Shown: positions 9,822-20,005, counted from the first letter of the stretch. The stretch is 64,000 bases of DNA from Candidatus Parcubacteria bacterium (GCA_025999395.1 AP024682.1:301638-365637), one strand, 5' to 3'. Translations and numbers: made by a program. Notes: generated by a model not told the origin, from the letters alone.

Positions 9822-10988
9822 ATGAAGTTTATAAGTCAAATTAAAAAAGAAACAATTAAGGGGAAAACAGCTCTTCTTCTCTTGGATTTAAATATCGAAA
9901 AAAGCGAATGGAAAAACTCTCTCCGGCTGGAAAGAGCAATTAGAGCTATTGATTTTCTTTTAAAAAAAGAAGCTCGAGTAGTGGTTTTGTCTTTTAAAGG
10001 AAGGCCGGATTTGAAGTTGGTTAAAAATAAAGATTATCGCGCTTCCTTTAGTCTTTTTTCAATTGCTCAAGAGATCTCGAAAAGATTAAGAACTTCTTTT
10101 GATTTTGTTGATGATTTTAATTTTAAAAATTGGAAGGAAAAAGTTAAAAAGTCATCTCGGTCATTAATTTTTTTGGAGAATTTAAGATTTTTTAAAGAAG
10201 AAAGAGAAAATTCCTTATCTTTTGGAAAACTTTTAGCGAGTTTGGGAGATTTTTATGTAAATGATGCTTTCTCAGTTTGTCATCGCCAACAAGCTTCGAT
10301 AACGAGAATTCCCAAATTTGTGCCTGCTTATGGAGGTATGGGAATGGAGATAGAACTAAATTCTTTAAAAAGAATTTTTCAAAATCCTCTAAGGCCCGTA
10401 ACTTTGATTGTTGGGGGAGCTAAAGTAGATGATAAGATGAGGGTTATAGAAAATCTTTATCCCAAAGTTGATTCTATTCTTTGTGGGGGAGGAGTGGCCA
10501 ATACTTTGCTGTTTTTTCAAAATCTTCCCGTGGGTTCTTCTTTGGTGGAAAAGGATTTATCTTTCAGAGATTTTTATTTTCGGTTTAAAGAGAAAATAGT
10601 TCTTCCGGTTGATTTTCTTTGGGAAAGGGGAGCAATTTTTGATATTGGTCCCAAAACGATAAAGAAATTTTCTTCTATTATTGATGACTCAAAAACAATT
10701 ATTTGGAGTGGACCGATGGGATTTTTTGAAAAGAAAAATTTTGCTGCTGGGACAAAGGCTTTGGTAAAAAAGATTTTGAAAAGCAAAGCTTTTTGTGTAA
10801 TTGGCGGAGAGCAAACCACCTCTGCTTTTTTAAAGTTTTCAAAAACTGCTTCTAAAAAGATTTCTCGAAATCCTTTTTATTTTAGAAAAAATATCTTTTT
10901 ATCCAGTGGGGGAGGAGCAATGCTTTACTATTTATCATCAGAAAAACTTCCGGGTTTAGTGGCTTTAGAAAATTCTTCTCGCCGTTAG
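9822..10988 (+). CDS. pgk: Phosphoglycerate kinase
   Basis: 388 aa. Has the GGAKVDDK hinge motif and SGPMGFFE near the C-terminus, in a PGK-like arrangement. Confidence 0.85.
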   Translation: MKFISQIKKETIKGKTALLLLDLNIEKSEWKNSLRLERAIRAIDFLLKKEARVVVLSFKGRPDLKLVKNKDYRASFSLFSIAQEISKRLRTSFDFVDDFNFKNWKEKVKKSSRSLIFLENLRFFKEERENSLSFGKLLASLGDFYVNDAFSVCHRQQASITRIPKFVPAYGGMGMEIELNSLKRIFQNPLRPVTLIVGGAKVDDKMRVIENLYPKVDSILCGGGVANTLLFFQNLPVGSSLVEKDLSFRDFYFRFKEKIVLPVDFLWERGAIFDIGPKTIKKFSSIIDDSKTIIWSGPMGFFEKKNFAAGTKALVKKILKSKAFCVIGGEQTTSAFLKFSKTASKKISRNPFYFRKNIFLSSGGGAMLYYLSSEKLPGLVALENSSRR

Positions 10989-11058
10989 AGTTTTTAGTTT
11001 TTATTTAAGTTCTTATTTAAGTTCTCAATTTTAAAATAAATTTCAAAAATTTAAATCA

Positions 11059-11499
11059 ATGAAAAATTTTTCTTCTGATAAAAAAATCGTAATTTATACC
11101 GATGGTGGCTCGCGGGGGAATCCGGGCCCTTCCGCTTTAGGGGTTTATTTTAAAGATTTCGAAAAGAAGTATTCTTTTTATTTGGGAGAAGGAACTAATA
11201 ATCAAGCAGAGTACAAGGCAATTATATTTGCTTTAAAAAAGGCTAAGCAATTAATAGGAAAAGAAAAAGCCAAAAAAACTTTGGTAGAAATCAGAGCTGA
11301 TAGTCAACTGGTGGTTAATCAACTCAATGGTGTTTTTAAGTTAAAGGAAAAGGAACTCTGGCCTCTTTTCATAGAAATTTGGAATTTAAAGCAAGATTTT
11401 TTGGGTGTTGAATTCAAATTTGTACCTCGTCAGGAAAATAAAGTGGCTGATTTTTTGGTTAATCAGGCTCTAAACATTGAAGCTCAGAAATTATTTTAA
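11059..11499 (+). CDS. rnhA: Ribonuclease HI
   Basis: 146 aa. Has IYTDGGSRGNPGPSALG (the DEDD catalytic Asp/Glu region) and a C-terminal DFLVNQA. Confidence 0.85.
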   Translation: MKNFSSDKKIVIYTDGGSRGNPGPSALGVYFKDFEKKYSFYLGEGTNNQAEYKAIIFALKKAKQLIGKEKAKKTLVEIRADSQLVVNQLNGVFKLKEKELWPLFIEIWNLKQDFLGVEFKFVPRQENKVADFLVNQALNIEAQKLF

Positions 11500-11514
11500 C
11501 AGTCGATTGATAGT

Positions 11515-11543
11515 TGACAAAAATTTTATTTAGTTTCAAAATA
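11515..11543 (+). promoter_or_regulatory. Putative sigma70-type promoter for rnpB
   Basis: TTGACA at 11515-11520, a 17-nt spacer, then a weak -10 caaaat about 10 nt upstream of the RNase P RNA 5' end. Confidence 0.3.
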
Positions 11544-11554
11544 TTTAAAAGGTA

Positions 11555-11915
11555 GAGATAAGCGGGTAGTTGCTCTAATCCTTTTGGATTAGAGAGGAAA
11601 GTCCGGACACCCTACCTTGATTTTTCAAGGTACAAACGCCTCCGCTAACAGCGGACCGCCGAAAGGCGAGAGGTGCGAACAGAGACGTCGAAAACAGCAA
11701 TGTTTTCGACATCCAAAGATTTTTCTTTGGATGAGTCCTGATGGTAACATCAGGGGTGAAACGGCTAAATCCTGGCGGGGTGCAAGACCGTGCCTTTTCT
11801 GCAGTTTTTGCAGAAAAGGAGAGTCGCTTGAGCCTGAGAGCAATCGATGGCCCAGATAAATAACTACCACTCTGATTTTTTCAGAGTACAGAATCCGGCT
11901 TACAGCTTATCTCTA
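11555..11915 (+). ncRNA. rnpB: RNase P RNA (bacterial type)
   Basis: Contains the universally conserved GAGGAAAGTCCGGAC (P4 5' strand) and ACAGAATCCGGCTTA (P4 3' strand). A P1 helix closes the molecule (agagataagc at the 5' end pairs with gcttatctct at the 3' end). Confidence 0.9.
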
Positions 11916-11978
11916 CTTTTTTTATTTTTAAAAGTTGTTTGTTGGTGATTTTTGCTTTATAGTGTATTTTAGAAAAAT

Positions 11979-12410
11979 ATGGGCAAGATTTTTTTAGAGA
12001 AAAAAGAGAAAGATTTTTTCTCTGATTCTTTTTGGAGATTTTTAACTAATTTTTGGACTCTTCTTTTTATGGGGTTTTTAATTTTTGATTTTATTTTTGA
12101 GGGTAAATTTTCTTATTTAGTAGCTGCTTTTTCGGTAATTTATGCCTCTATTTTAAGTGTTTTTGCTGGGACCAAAGAATTTCGTCGCTGGCAAAACGCC
12201 TATCAATCAAAAAATCATCCGGGAGAAATTTTTGTTTTTGTTTGGACGCTAGTTTTAGTATTTTTACTTTTAGCTCCTTGGATTTTTAAGAAGAACTATC
12301 AAATCTCTTCTGAAGTTGTTTCTGTTTATATTATGGTTTTAACGATTTTCGCTTTAACTCAAGGTTCTAAAAAAATTTATTCTCGACAAAAAAACACTCT
12401 TTCGGATTAA
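11979..12410 (+). CDS. Hypothetical integral membrane protein
   Basis: 143 aa with 3-4 hydrophobic helices. No recognisable motif. Confidence 0.4.
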   Translation: MGKIFLEKKEKDFFSDSFWRFLTNFWTLLFMGFLIFDFIFEGKFSYLVAAFSVIYASILSVFAGTKEFRRWQNAYQSKNHPGEIFVFVWTLVLVFLLLAPWIFKKNYQISSEVVSVYIMVLTIFALTQGSKKIYSRQKNTLSD

Positions 12411-12537
12411 GCTTCCAAGATTTTAAGAGTTCTTAATCTTAATTTTTGATTAGAAACCAGAAAGTTATTGGTTTTTGATTGCTTGTATGTTAAAATGAAA
12501 GTATAGCTTTCAATTTGTTTTGAAAAGATTAAAAAAG

Positions 12538-12570
12538 AAAATCCGCCTTCAAAGACGGATTTCCTTTTTT
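12538..12570. terminator. Bidirectional rho-independent terminator
   Basis: aaatccg/cggattt hairpin flanked by an A-run upstream and a T-run downstream. Lies between convergent genes and overlaps the stop of 12569..13195. Confidence 0.6.
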
Positions 12571-13195
12571 ATGAATTAGAGGGGCTAGAAGAAACACCTC
12601 TTTTCTTTCTTAAGAGAAAGAAATAAATTCCCCCAGCTATTAGAAGAACGGCTATTCCGCTACTGATAAACAAAGTGAGGCGATTATTTTTAAATGATTT
12701 TATTAACCCCAAGGCTGCTAATTTTTCGGCAAAGGCGGATGTTTTTGAATTTTCTTCTTGAGAAGACGGTGTTGCTGAGGTAACAGCGGAAAGTTCTTGA
12801 GAAAGTTCTTGGGGTGGGAGAATCGGAGCTTGAGCGGCTAATTCTTCCTGAGACTCAGAAGAAAGGCTAAGATTTTTTAAAGAATAATCAATAGAAACCA
12901 GAGTGGTTTCAATTTTTTCCAAGTGATTATTGAAAACACTCTTTTTCTCTAAAACTACTTTGTCTTGATTGTTTAGTTTGGTCTGCAGTTGCTGAAGAAT
13001 AACCTCTAATCTATCTAATCCTTCTTTTAATCTGGTAGCATCTTGCGGACCGAGAGCATCAGTCGATATCTGAGAGGGGTTAGCTTGAGGAGAATTTATT
13101 TCTTGAGCTTGGACAAAACTGCTTTCTTTTATTAATCCTATTCCTGTCAATAGGAAAATCACCCACAATATTTTTTTTGTCATATTTGACTCCAT
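12569..13195 (-). CDS. Hypothetical secreted coiled-coil protein with a C-terminal TM anchor
   Basis: N-terminal signal peptide, a Gln/Glu/Leu-rich middle section, and a C-terminal hydrophobic segment followed by LLRKKRG. Confidence 0.4.
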   Translation of the reverse strand: MESNMTKKILWVIFLLTGIGLIKESSFVQAQEINSPQANPSQISTDALGPQDATRLKEGLDRLEVILQQLQTKLNNQDKVVLEKKSVFNNHLEKIETTLVSIDYSLKNLSLSSESQEELAAQAPILPPQELSQELSAVTSATPSSQEENSKTSAFAEKLAALGLIKSFKNNRLTLFISSGIAVLLIAGGIYFFLLRKKRGVSSSPSNS

Positions 13196-13403
13196 TTTAC
13201 TGATAAAAATAAGAATCTTAGTTTAAAATGCTTTTAGTAAATGGAGTGCTTTTGTAGAGTGCTAATTTTATAAGAAGTTTTGTAAAAGGTGCTAAAAATA
13301 GCATACAACAAGATTTTTAAATGTAAATAAGGTTTGTTTTTTGCTTTTTTTGAGTTAAAATAAAAAAGATTTAGAAATTAACGCTTTAAAATTTAATTTA
13401 AAA

Positions 13404-14849
13404 ATGGCTAAAAAAAGGATTCAGGAAGGCCTCACCTTTGATGATGTTTTACTTAAGCCTCAATATTCTCAAGTTGATTCTCGTCGTCAAGTTAGTCTAA
13501 AAACAAAAATTTCCCCTCATATCACCCTCAATCTTCCTATCATTTCCGCTAATATGGACACGGTTACTGAATCGGCGATGGCGATTGCAATGGCAAGGGC
13601 GGGAGGATTAGGAATTATTCATCGGTTTTTACCGATTGAAAAGGAGGTGGAAGAAGTTCAAAAAGTTAAAAGAGCGGAAAATTTTGTTGTTGAGGAACCT
13701 TTTGTGGTAGAACCAAACTTTACCTTAAGAAAAGTGAAAGAATTATCGAAAAAGCACGATGTTCAAACTTTTGTAGTAGTTAATAAGGAAAGAAAAGTTT
13801 TGGGAATTTTAACTAAAAGAGATTATTTGTTTGAAAAAGACGAAACTAAATTAGTTAAGGAACTAATGACTCCTCGTTCTCGTTTGATTGTGGCTGATAG
13901 GGGAACTTCTTTAGAAAAAGCTCAGGAAATTTTTAAGAAAAATAAAGTTGAGAAATTGCCGCTGGTGGATAAAAATGATCGCTTACTGGGCTTAATTACC
14001 GCTAAAGATATTTTAAATCATCTTAATTCTTTAGCGGTGAGGGATAAAAAGGGAAGGCTAATGGTAGGAGCGGCAGTAGGGATTAAAGATGACTATTTAG
14101 AAAGAGCTCAAGAGTTAGTAAAAGCAGAAGTGGACTTATTGGTAGTAGATGTAGCTCATGGTCATTTAGATGCTTGCTTGAAGGCAGTTCAAACTCTTAA
14201 AAAAAGATTCCCTCACATTGATTTAATGGCAGGCAATGTGGCTACTAAAGAAGGAGCGCTTGATTTAAAAAGAGCCGGCGCTGATTCGATTAAAGTAGGA
14301 GTAGGCGGTGGCAGTGTTTGTTTGACAAGAATAAAAACTGGTGCTGGTGTTCCTCAATTGAGCGCTGTTTTTGAGACAAAAAAGGGAGCCGGAGAAACTC
14401 CTATTATTTCCGATGGCGGAATTAGAAATTCGGGAGATATTGTAAAAGCATTAGCAGCGGGAGCCAGCGCGGTGATGGTAGGAATGCTTTTGGCGGGTAC
14501 CGATGAATCTCCTGGAGAAGTAATCAACTGGAATGACAAGCGAGTTAAAATTTATCGGGGAATGGCTTCTTTTGGAGCTAAGATGGAAAGAGAAGCCAAG
14601 ATTAAAAGATCTTCTGGTGAGAATTTTTCAATGACTGATTTTGTTTCTGAGGGAGCAGATCAGGTTTTTATCCCTTATCGAGGAAGAGTAGAAGAAATTC
14701 TTTCTCAATTAGCCGGCGGAATTCGCTCGGGTTTTAGTTATTGCGGAGCAAAAGACTTAAAAGAACTTTGGCAGAAAGCGGAGTTTATTAAAATCACCGG
14801 TGCTGGTTTAAGAGAAAGTGGTCTTCACGATGTTTTTCTTGCTAATTAG
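13404..14849 (+). CDS. guaB: Inosine-5'-monophosphate dehydrogenase
   Basis: 481 aa. N-terminus [14 protein letters not shown], tandem CBS domains, catalytic Cys loop [11 protein letters not shown], and the GxGS phosphate-binding region. Confidence 0.95.
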   Translation: MAKKRIQEGLTFDDVLLKPQYSQVDSRRQVSLKTKISPHITLNLPIISANMDTVTESAMAIAMARAGGLGIIHRFLPIEKEVEEVQKVKRAENFVVEEPFVVEPNFTLRKVKELSKKHDVQTFVVVNKERKVLGILTKRDYLFEKDETKLVKELMTPRSRLIVADRGTSLEKAQEIFKKNKVEKLPLVDKNDRLLGLITAKDILNHLNSLAVRDKKGRLMVGAAVGIKDDYLERAQELVKAEVDLLVVDVAHGHLDACLKAVQTLKKRFPHIDLMAGNVATKEGALDLKRAGADSIKVGVGGGSVCLTRIKTGAGVPQLSAVFETKKGAGETPIISDGGIRNSGDIVKALAAGASAVMVGMLLAGTDESPGEVINWNDKRVKIYRGMASFGAKMEREAKIKRSSGENFSMTDFVSEGADQVFIPYRGRVEEILSQLAGGIRSGFSYCGAKDLKELWQKAEFIKITGAGLRESGLHDVFLAN

Positions 14850-14876
14850 TGAGCTTTAATTTTTTAAGGTTTATCA

Positions 14877-15599
14877 ATGAAGACAAGAAGATTTTTTCTT
14901 CCTTTTTCATTATCGGGAAAGAAAGAGTTGTTAGTAGCTGATTGGCCAACCTTTAATCGATTAAAGAATGTTTTAAGAATTGAACCGGGAGAGGAAATTA
15001 ATGTTTTTAATTCTCGGGAAGGAGAATACAGGGCAAGAGTAAATCTGTTATCAAAAGAAAAGATAGTTTTGGAAATCTTGGAAAAAAAAGAAAACAAGAG
15101 CGAGCCGGAAATAAAGGTTAATCTTTTTCAGTCAGTGATAAAGAAAGATAAGTTTGAATGGGTGGTAGAAAAATCAACTGAAGCCGGCGTTTCTTCGATT
15201 ACTCCAATTATTACTCAAAGAACTGTTAAAACTAACCTTAACTTTGAAAGATTAAAAAAAATTGCTCAAGAAGCCACCGAGCAATCGGGTAGAATTTTAG
15301 TTCCTCAAATAAATGAAATTTTAGATTTTGAGGATTTAATGAAGAAGAAAAGTTTATCTTTAAAAAACAATTCTTTTTCTTTTCTTTTGGATTTTTCTGG
15401 TAAGCCGATAAGAGAGGTAATTTCTAAGATTAAAAAATTTGAAGAAGTTAATTTTTTTGTTGGTCCAGAGGGAGGATTTAGCGAGGAAGAAATTGATTTG
15501 GCAAAAAACGAAGGAGTGGAGATCTTAAGTTTTGGTCCGAGAATTTTTAGAAGTGAAACAATAGGAGCAGTGGTAACTGCTTTTATTTTAAATGTTTAG
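14877..15599 (+). CDS. rsmE: 16S rRNA (uracil1498-N3)-methyltransferase RsmE family
   Basis: 240 aa. Has an N-terminal PUA-like region and a C-terminal SPOUT knot region (VGPEGGFSEEE). Confidence 0.75.
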   Translation: MKTRRFFLPFSLSGKKELLVADWPTFNRLKNVLRIEPGEEINVFNSREGEYRARVNLLSKEKIVLEILEKKENKSEPEIKVNLFQSVIKKDKFEWVVEKSTEAGVSSITPIITQRTVKTNLNFERLKKIAQEATEQSGRILVPQINEILDFEDLMKKKSLSLKNNSFSFLLDFSGKPIREVISKIKKFEEVNFFVGPEGGFSEEEIDLAKNEGVEILSFGPRIFRSETIGAVVTAFILNV

Positions 15600-15616
15600 T
15601 ATTTTTTAAAAATTCT

Positions 15617-17107
15617 TTAAGTACCTGATTTACTTTCCAAGTTTTTTTTATTTATTTTTTCTAACTTAGATATTAATAGTTCAATAGCGCTCTTTGGAAA
15701 AAAGTTTTTTATTTTCCCTTTTTCAAAAAAAAGATCTTTTTTTCTTATATTTTGCCAAAAGATGGGTATTGAATATGAAGCTATTTCTTTTGTTTCATAA
15801 CTAATAATTTTTTCTAGATTTTCATTACTTATAAGATGGTTTTTTTTGCTATTTTCTCGAAGTATTTTTTTTATTTTTCTTTTAAATTTATTTAACTGCA
15901 AATTAAATGGTTGGATAAGATTTTGTTCGATAAGGGTATAGAGTGAAGTTCTTCTTACTATTACTCTTGTAAGAGTATCTTGATAGGAATCTATAATCTT
16001 GTAAATTTTTTCCTTGTTTTTTTCTATCCAAAGATAAGAATCTTTAAATCCTTTTATCATCTCGTTTTTAAAACTTTCTGGTTTCCATAATTTTCTATTT
16101 TTTTTAAAGATTCTGTTTTCTAATTTTATTTTACTGTAAGTTCTGTATTTTATTCTCATGAGATCAGTATTTTTAAATAGGATTATTGGATTTGCCAGAC
16201 TTATTATTTTCTTGTTTCCACCAAAAATAGCACTTGTTAACTGTTTACTTTTTCTTTTTTCGATTATTCCGGTAGATTCTAAGCTGTTTTCTATTTTTTT
16301 GTTTTTGTAGAAAGAAAAATTTGTGAATAAACTTTCAAAATCTAAAATGATTGGCTTTTCTTTGGAAGCGATTAAATTTTCCATATGGAAATCAGATCCA
16401 TTAAGTGAGTAAATCAAAGCTAAAATCTGCCCCAGTTGATAATAAAATTTTTTTGCTTGAAGAAAAGAAATGTTTTTATTTTTTGTTTGAATAAATTCTG
16501 AATACCACCCATCTTTTGTTTCTAAACTTTTAGGTATTTTAATTTGGATCTCGTTTTCTTTGTTGAATCTATTTATTATTTCAATAAAACTTTTTGCTTT
16601 TGAAAATTGATGCGGATTATATTTGATTATTTTTTGATTATCGAGAATGAAAAAAATTACTCTTCTCCCTTTTGTGTGTCTATCTGATTGGGTGGGTATT
16701 TTTATATATTTTATTTTTTTGAATTTTACTTTGAAAAAGTCGGAAATTAAATTTTTGTTGTTTAAAAATTTTTCTAACGAATCAAATAAAAAAAGAACGT
16801 CTTCTTCAAGAATTTTTTTTATTAATTTATAAAGTGAGGGAAAATTTTTTAAAAAGGTTTCTTTTTTTGAGAAGATAAAATTCTTAAATCTCTCCCTTGT
16901 ATTTTTTCCTAATATCGAACCTTTCGATTTATCTAAATAAAGTTGCCAACAGAGAGTAGGTAAAATAATTTTTTCTACTTCGTTATTCAGATATTTTTTT
17001 ATTTCTTTGTTGAAAAGATCTTGATTTTCGATTATTCCTCTGAGTAAGACCGAAAAGTGTTTATTAATTATTTTCTGTATCAATTCTTGGTAAAGAATTT
17101 TTATCAT
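15617..17107 (-). CDS. Standalone LanM-type dehydratase-domain (DUF4135-like, lipid-kinase-like) protein
   Basis: 496 aa and very AT-rich. Contains DFHMEN with an Asp 12 residues further on (LDFESLF). This reproduces the D-x-H-x-x-N...D catalytic/activation-loop spacing reported for class II lanthipeptide synthetase dehydratase domains. No LanC cyclase domain is present. Confidence 0.5.
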   Translation of the reverse strand: MIKILYQELIQKIINKHFSVLLRGIIENQDLFNKEIKKYLNNEVEKIILPTLCWQLYLDKSKGSILGKNTRERFKNFIFSKKETFLKNFPSLYKLIKKILEEDVLFLFDSLEKFLNNKNLISDFFKVKFKKIKYIKIPTQSDRHTKGRRVIFFILDNQKIIKYNPHQFSKAKSFIEIINRFNKENEIQIKIPKSLETKDGWYSEFIQTKNKNISFLQAKKFYYQLGQILALIYSLNGSDFHMENLIASKEKPIILDFESLFTNFSFYKNKKIENSLESTGIIEKRKSKQLTSAIFGGNKKIISLANPIILFKNTDLMRIKYRTYSKIKLENRIFKKNRKLWKPESFKNEMIKGFKDSYLWIEKNKEKIYKIIDSYQDTLTRVIVRRTSLYTLIEQNLIQPFNLQLNKFKRKIKKILRENSKKNHLISNENLEKIISYETKEIASYSIPIFWQNIRKKDLFFEKGKIKNFFPKSAIELLISKLEKINKKNLESKSGT

Positions 17108-17131
17108 TTCTTAATCTTTTTGTTGGATTTT

Positions 17132-17296
17132 TTAACTGCAGGTTCCTGTACCACAACATTTGGTTGAGCTAAACGATCCTATTTCTTTCAGGATTTTTTT
17201 ACTGTTTATGTTTATTTGATCAAATCCGGTTGGATGATATCCTTGGAATTTTTTTCCTTTCTTCCAAACTTTAATTGCTTTTTTTATTTTTTTCAT
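17132..17296 (-). CDS. Unannotated 54-aa ORF with a Lys-rich leader and a Ser/Thr/Cys-rich C-terminus: candidate RiPP precursor
   Basis: Manual translation of the minus strand gives MKKIKKAIKVWKKGKKFQGYHPTGFDQININSKKILKEIGSFSSTKCCGTGTCS. The stop lies 24 nt upstream of the dehydratase-like gene on the same strand. The ORF is below the cutoff of the supplied ORF track. Confidence 0.4.
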   Translation of the reverse strand: MKKIKKAIKVWKKGKKFQGYHPTGFDQININSKKILKEIGSFSSTKCCGTGTCS

Positions 17297-17379
17297 TTTG
17301 TTAGAATTGTTAGTGATAAACTATAATTGCAAACTAAATACAAATCTCTGATGATTTTAGTAGTCTTACTGAATTTAGT

Positions 17380-17871
17380 ATGCCAAAAATTTCTAAAATT
17401 TCAAGTTGCTTGAGATTGGTGAAATTAAAAAAAACTATTGTTGATAACAAAAACGACTTAGAGAAATTGGTTAACTTTGTTTATTCTTATTTTACTAAAA
17501 TAGAGAAAAAGAAAATATCTTTAGAAAGGATAAAGGACGGAATTTTAAAAAATTTAAAGAATCATCGTCACGTTTATTTTTTTATTCTTTGGGATAATTA
17601 CCCAATAGGAATGCTTCATCTTTTTTTAGGCGAAAAGTTTACAGATTTGTGCTTAATTTATCTTGAAAAAGAATTTAGAAGAAAGGGTTTAGGATCTTTT
17701 GTTTTTAATCTTTTAAAGAATTTTCTTGAAGAAAATAGATTAACTAAGAAGCCTTTGTGCATTGAAATAAACAAAAATAACAAAGCTTCTCAAAGGTTTT
17801 TTTCTAAAATGGGGGCAAAATTAGAGAGCGTGATTTACTTTTATCAGCTTTCTTCTAAAAATAACATTTAG
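17380..17871 (+). CDS. GNAT family N-acetyltransferase
   Basis: 163 aa. Has an acetyl-CoA binding motif RRKGLGS and a C-terminal FFSKMGAK. Confidence 0.7.
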   Translation: MPKISKISSCLRLVKLKKTIVDNKNDLEKLVNFVYSYFTKIEKKKISLERIKDGILKNLKNHRHVYFFILWDNYPIGMLHLFLGEKFTDLCLIYLEKEFRRKGLGSFVFNLLKNFLEENRLTKKPLCIEINKNNKASQRFFSKMGAKLESVIYFYQLSSKNNI

Positions 17872-17972
17872 ATACCTTTTGGTTATTAGTTGCCATTAGC
17901 TGCTGGCTATCAATTGAATAACTTAAAAAATTACTCTTTGTGTTTGTGGAAGGTAGAAAATGTACTAATTAG

Positions 17973-18043
17973 CTGCGGGGCTAGGATTCGAACCTAGATA
18001 CCAGCGTCCAGAGCGCTGTGTCCTACCATTAGACGACCCCGCA
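17973..18043 (-). tRNA. tRNA-Gln (anticodon CUG)
   Basis: Acceptor UGCGGGG/CCCCGCA with a U1-A72 pair and G73 discriminator, as in bacterial tRNA-Gln. Anticodon stem CAGCG/CGCTG with loop CTCTGGA. T-arm CTAGG-TTCGAAT-CCTAG. Confidence 0.8.
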
Positions 18044-18122
18044 ATTTTTATTTGTTTATCTTATAATCATTTTTTTTGAATTGCAAATTTCTTGGTTTTC
18101 TAAATTTTTGTTATAATCTTAC

Positions 18123-19529
18123 TTGCTTATGAAAGATAGCTTTCCTGAATTAGAAAAGAGAGAACTACCTTCCCCTTTATCTTGGAAAAAAGCGTTAGGG
18201 GTAGGGGTGGTAGTAATGGGAATGGCGGTAGGCACAGGAGAAATAATTCTCTGGCCTCATTTGGTCACAAAACATGGCTTAAACATTCTTTGGATGGCTC
18301 TTTTGGGGATTACTTCTCAATATTTTATCAACAAAGAGGTGGCTCGTTACACTTTAGCAACGGGGGAAAGTTTTTTTACTGCCTCGGCAAGAGTTTTTAA
18401 ATGGCTTGTTCCTTTTTGGTTTTTTTCGGCGATTATTCTTTACATTTGGCCGGGTTGGGCGGCAGCGTTAGGAACAATCTTAAAAGAACTTTTTAATTTT
18501 GGAAGTTATTACTTTTGGTCGCTGATTGTTTTGGGTTTAGTGCTTTTGATTACTTTTTTGGGAAGAGTAGCTTACAATGTTTTGGAAAAAAGCTTAAAAA
18601 TTGTTGTTCCCACCTTTATTTTAATGCTTTTGGTGATTAGCTTTTTTAACTTAAACTGGTCTCTTTTAATGGAAGCCTTAAGAGGCCTTTTTAGTTTTGG
18701 AAGTTTTCCTAAAGAGATTGATATCAATGTTTTGCTGGGAGCTATTGTTTTTACCGGTGCGGGAGGAATGTTGAATCTCTGCGTTTCTTTGTGGTATCGA
18801 GACAAACAATTAGGAATGTGTGCTTACGGAGAAAAAATTACCAATCCGATTTCCGGGAAAACCACTTCTTCTTTGACGAAGGGTTATATTTTTGAAACTA
18901 ATCCTCAAAATTTAGAAAAATGGAGGGGGTGGATGAAGTATGTAAAAGTGGATCAGGGAATTATCTTTTGGCTAACAGGACTGATTGCGCTTTTTCTTTT
19001 GGTGGTCAATGCTTATGCAGTTTTAAAACCGCAAGGAATAGTACCAGAAGGTCTTCAATTGGCGGTGGTTCAAGCTCATATTTTTGGGCAGAAACTAGGA
19101 AAGTTTGGCTTCGATTTGTTTTTAATAATGACTTTTTTGATGCTTTTTTCGGTAATGTGGACAGTGATCGATGCTTTAACTCGGATTATTAGTGATATTC
19201 TTTATACTAATTCCCGAATCGGCCCTTTTTCTCGTTTTTTGAAATTTTTTAGCAATATTCCGCTAAATTTTTTCTACTATGGAATTATTGTTTTGATAGT
19301 AATTGCGGGAGCTCTCTTAATCCCTCTAAAACAACCTTTGGCTTTTTTGGTTCTTTCTGGAGCCTTGGGAGGACTTTCAATGGCGATTTATACACCTCTT
19401 TTGATTTATATTAACAATCGTCTTTTGCCTAAAGAAATTAGACCAGATTGGAAAACTAATTTGGTAATGACAATCATCTCTATTTTTTATATAATCTTTT
19501 CACTAAGAATTATCGAAAGCTATTTTTAG
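18123..19529 (+). CDS. Polytopic membrane transporter of unknown specificity (APC/Nramp-fold-like)
   Basis: 468 aa with about 11-12 hydrophobic helices. No diagnostic motif was seen. Confidence 0.4.
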   Translation: MLMKDSFPELEKRELPSPLSWKKALGVGVVVMGMAVGTGEIILWPHLVTKHGLNILWMALLGITSQYFINKEVARYTLATGESFFTASARVFKWLVPFWFFSAIILYIWPGWAAALGTILKELFNFGSYYFWSLIVLGLVLLITFLGRVAYNVLEKSLKIVVPTFILMLLVISFFNLNWSLLMEALRGLFSFGSFPKEIDINVLLGAIVFTGAGGMLNLCVSLWYRDKQLGMCAYGEKITNPISGKTTSSLTKGYIFETNPQNLEKWRGWMKYVKVDQGIIFWLTGLIALFLLVVNAYAVLKPQGIVPEGLQLAVVQAHIFGQKLGKFGFDLFLIMTFLMLFSVMWTVIDALTRIISDILYTNSRIGPFSRFLKFFSNIPLNFFYYGIIVLIVIAGALLIPLKQPLAFLVLSGALGGLSMAIYTPLLIYINNRLLPKEIRPDWKTNLVMTIISIFYIIFSLRIIESYF

Positions 19530-19588
19530 GTAAATCTTTAAAGGTCGTCCCTTGTCCTTTTATTAAAAAGTAAATTAATAAGAACAGT

Positions 19589-19984
19589 ATGAGTCTAATA
19601 GATTTCCTTTTTGTTTTGGGAAGGATTATTTACGGCGGCTTTTTTATCTATAACGGCATTGCTCACTTTGTTAATCGCAAAGAATTGGTTAATTACGCTT
19701 CCTTTAAGAAAGTAATAGCTCCTAACCTTGCTGTTTTGGTTACAGGTTTGCTTTTGATTTTGGGTGGAGTAGGCATAATCACTGGCGCTTATATTGTTTG
19801 GGCCGTTATTTTTCTTTCTCTTTTTCTTTTCTTTGTTTCTTTAAAGATGCATAACTTCTGGAAAGCTACTAGTCCTGAGGAAAAGATGAGAGAAAAAGTT
19901 AATTTCTTTAAAAACATGGCTCTTTGGGGAGCAGCATTGATGTTACTTTCAATTCCTACTCCTTGGCCGTATTCTTTGTTCTGA
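19589..19984 (+). CDS. DoxX family membrane protein
   Basis: 131 aa with four TM helices, DoxX-like topology and length. Confidence 0.5.
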   Translation: MSLIDFLFVLGRIIYGGFFIYNGIAHFVNRKELVNYASFKKVIAPNLAVLVTGLLLILGGVGIITGAYIVWAVIFLSLFLFFVSLKMHNFWKATSPEEKMREKVNFFKNMALWGAALMLLSIPTPWPYSLF

Positions 19985-20005
19985 TTATTAATTAGTTAAA
20001 AATTT

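Noticed and set aside
11617-11870. Two overlapping 80-aa ORFs on opposite strands
   Set aside because: They lie entirely inside the RNase P RNA gene, so they are artefacts of a GC-richer structured RNA.
17872-17972. Short similarity (agttgc..gctggct) to the island att-like repeat next to tRNA-Gln
   Set aside because: It spans only about 15 nt and is interrupted, so it is most likely coincidental.
18182-19192. Three short ORFs (72, 77 and 90 aa)
   Set aside because: They are embedded in or antisense to the well-supported 468-aa transporter ORF.
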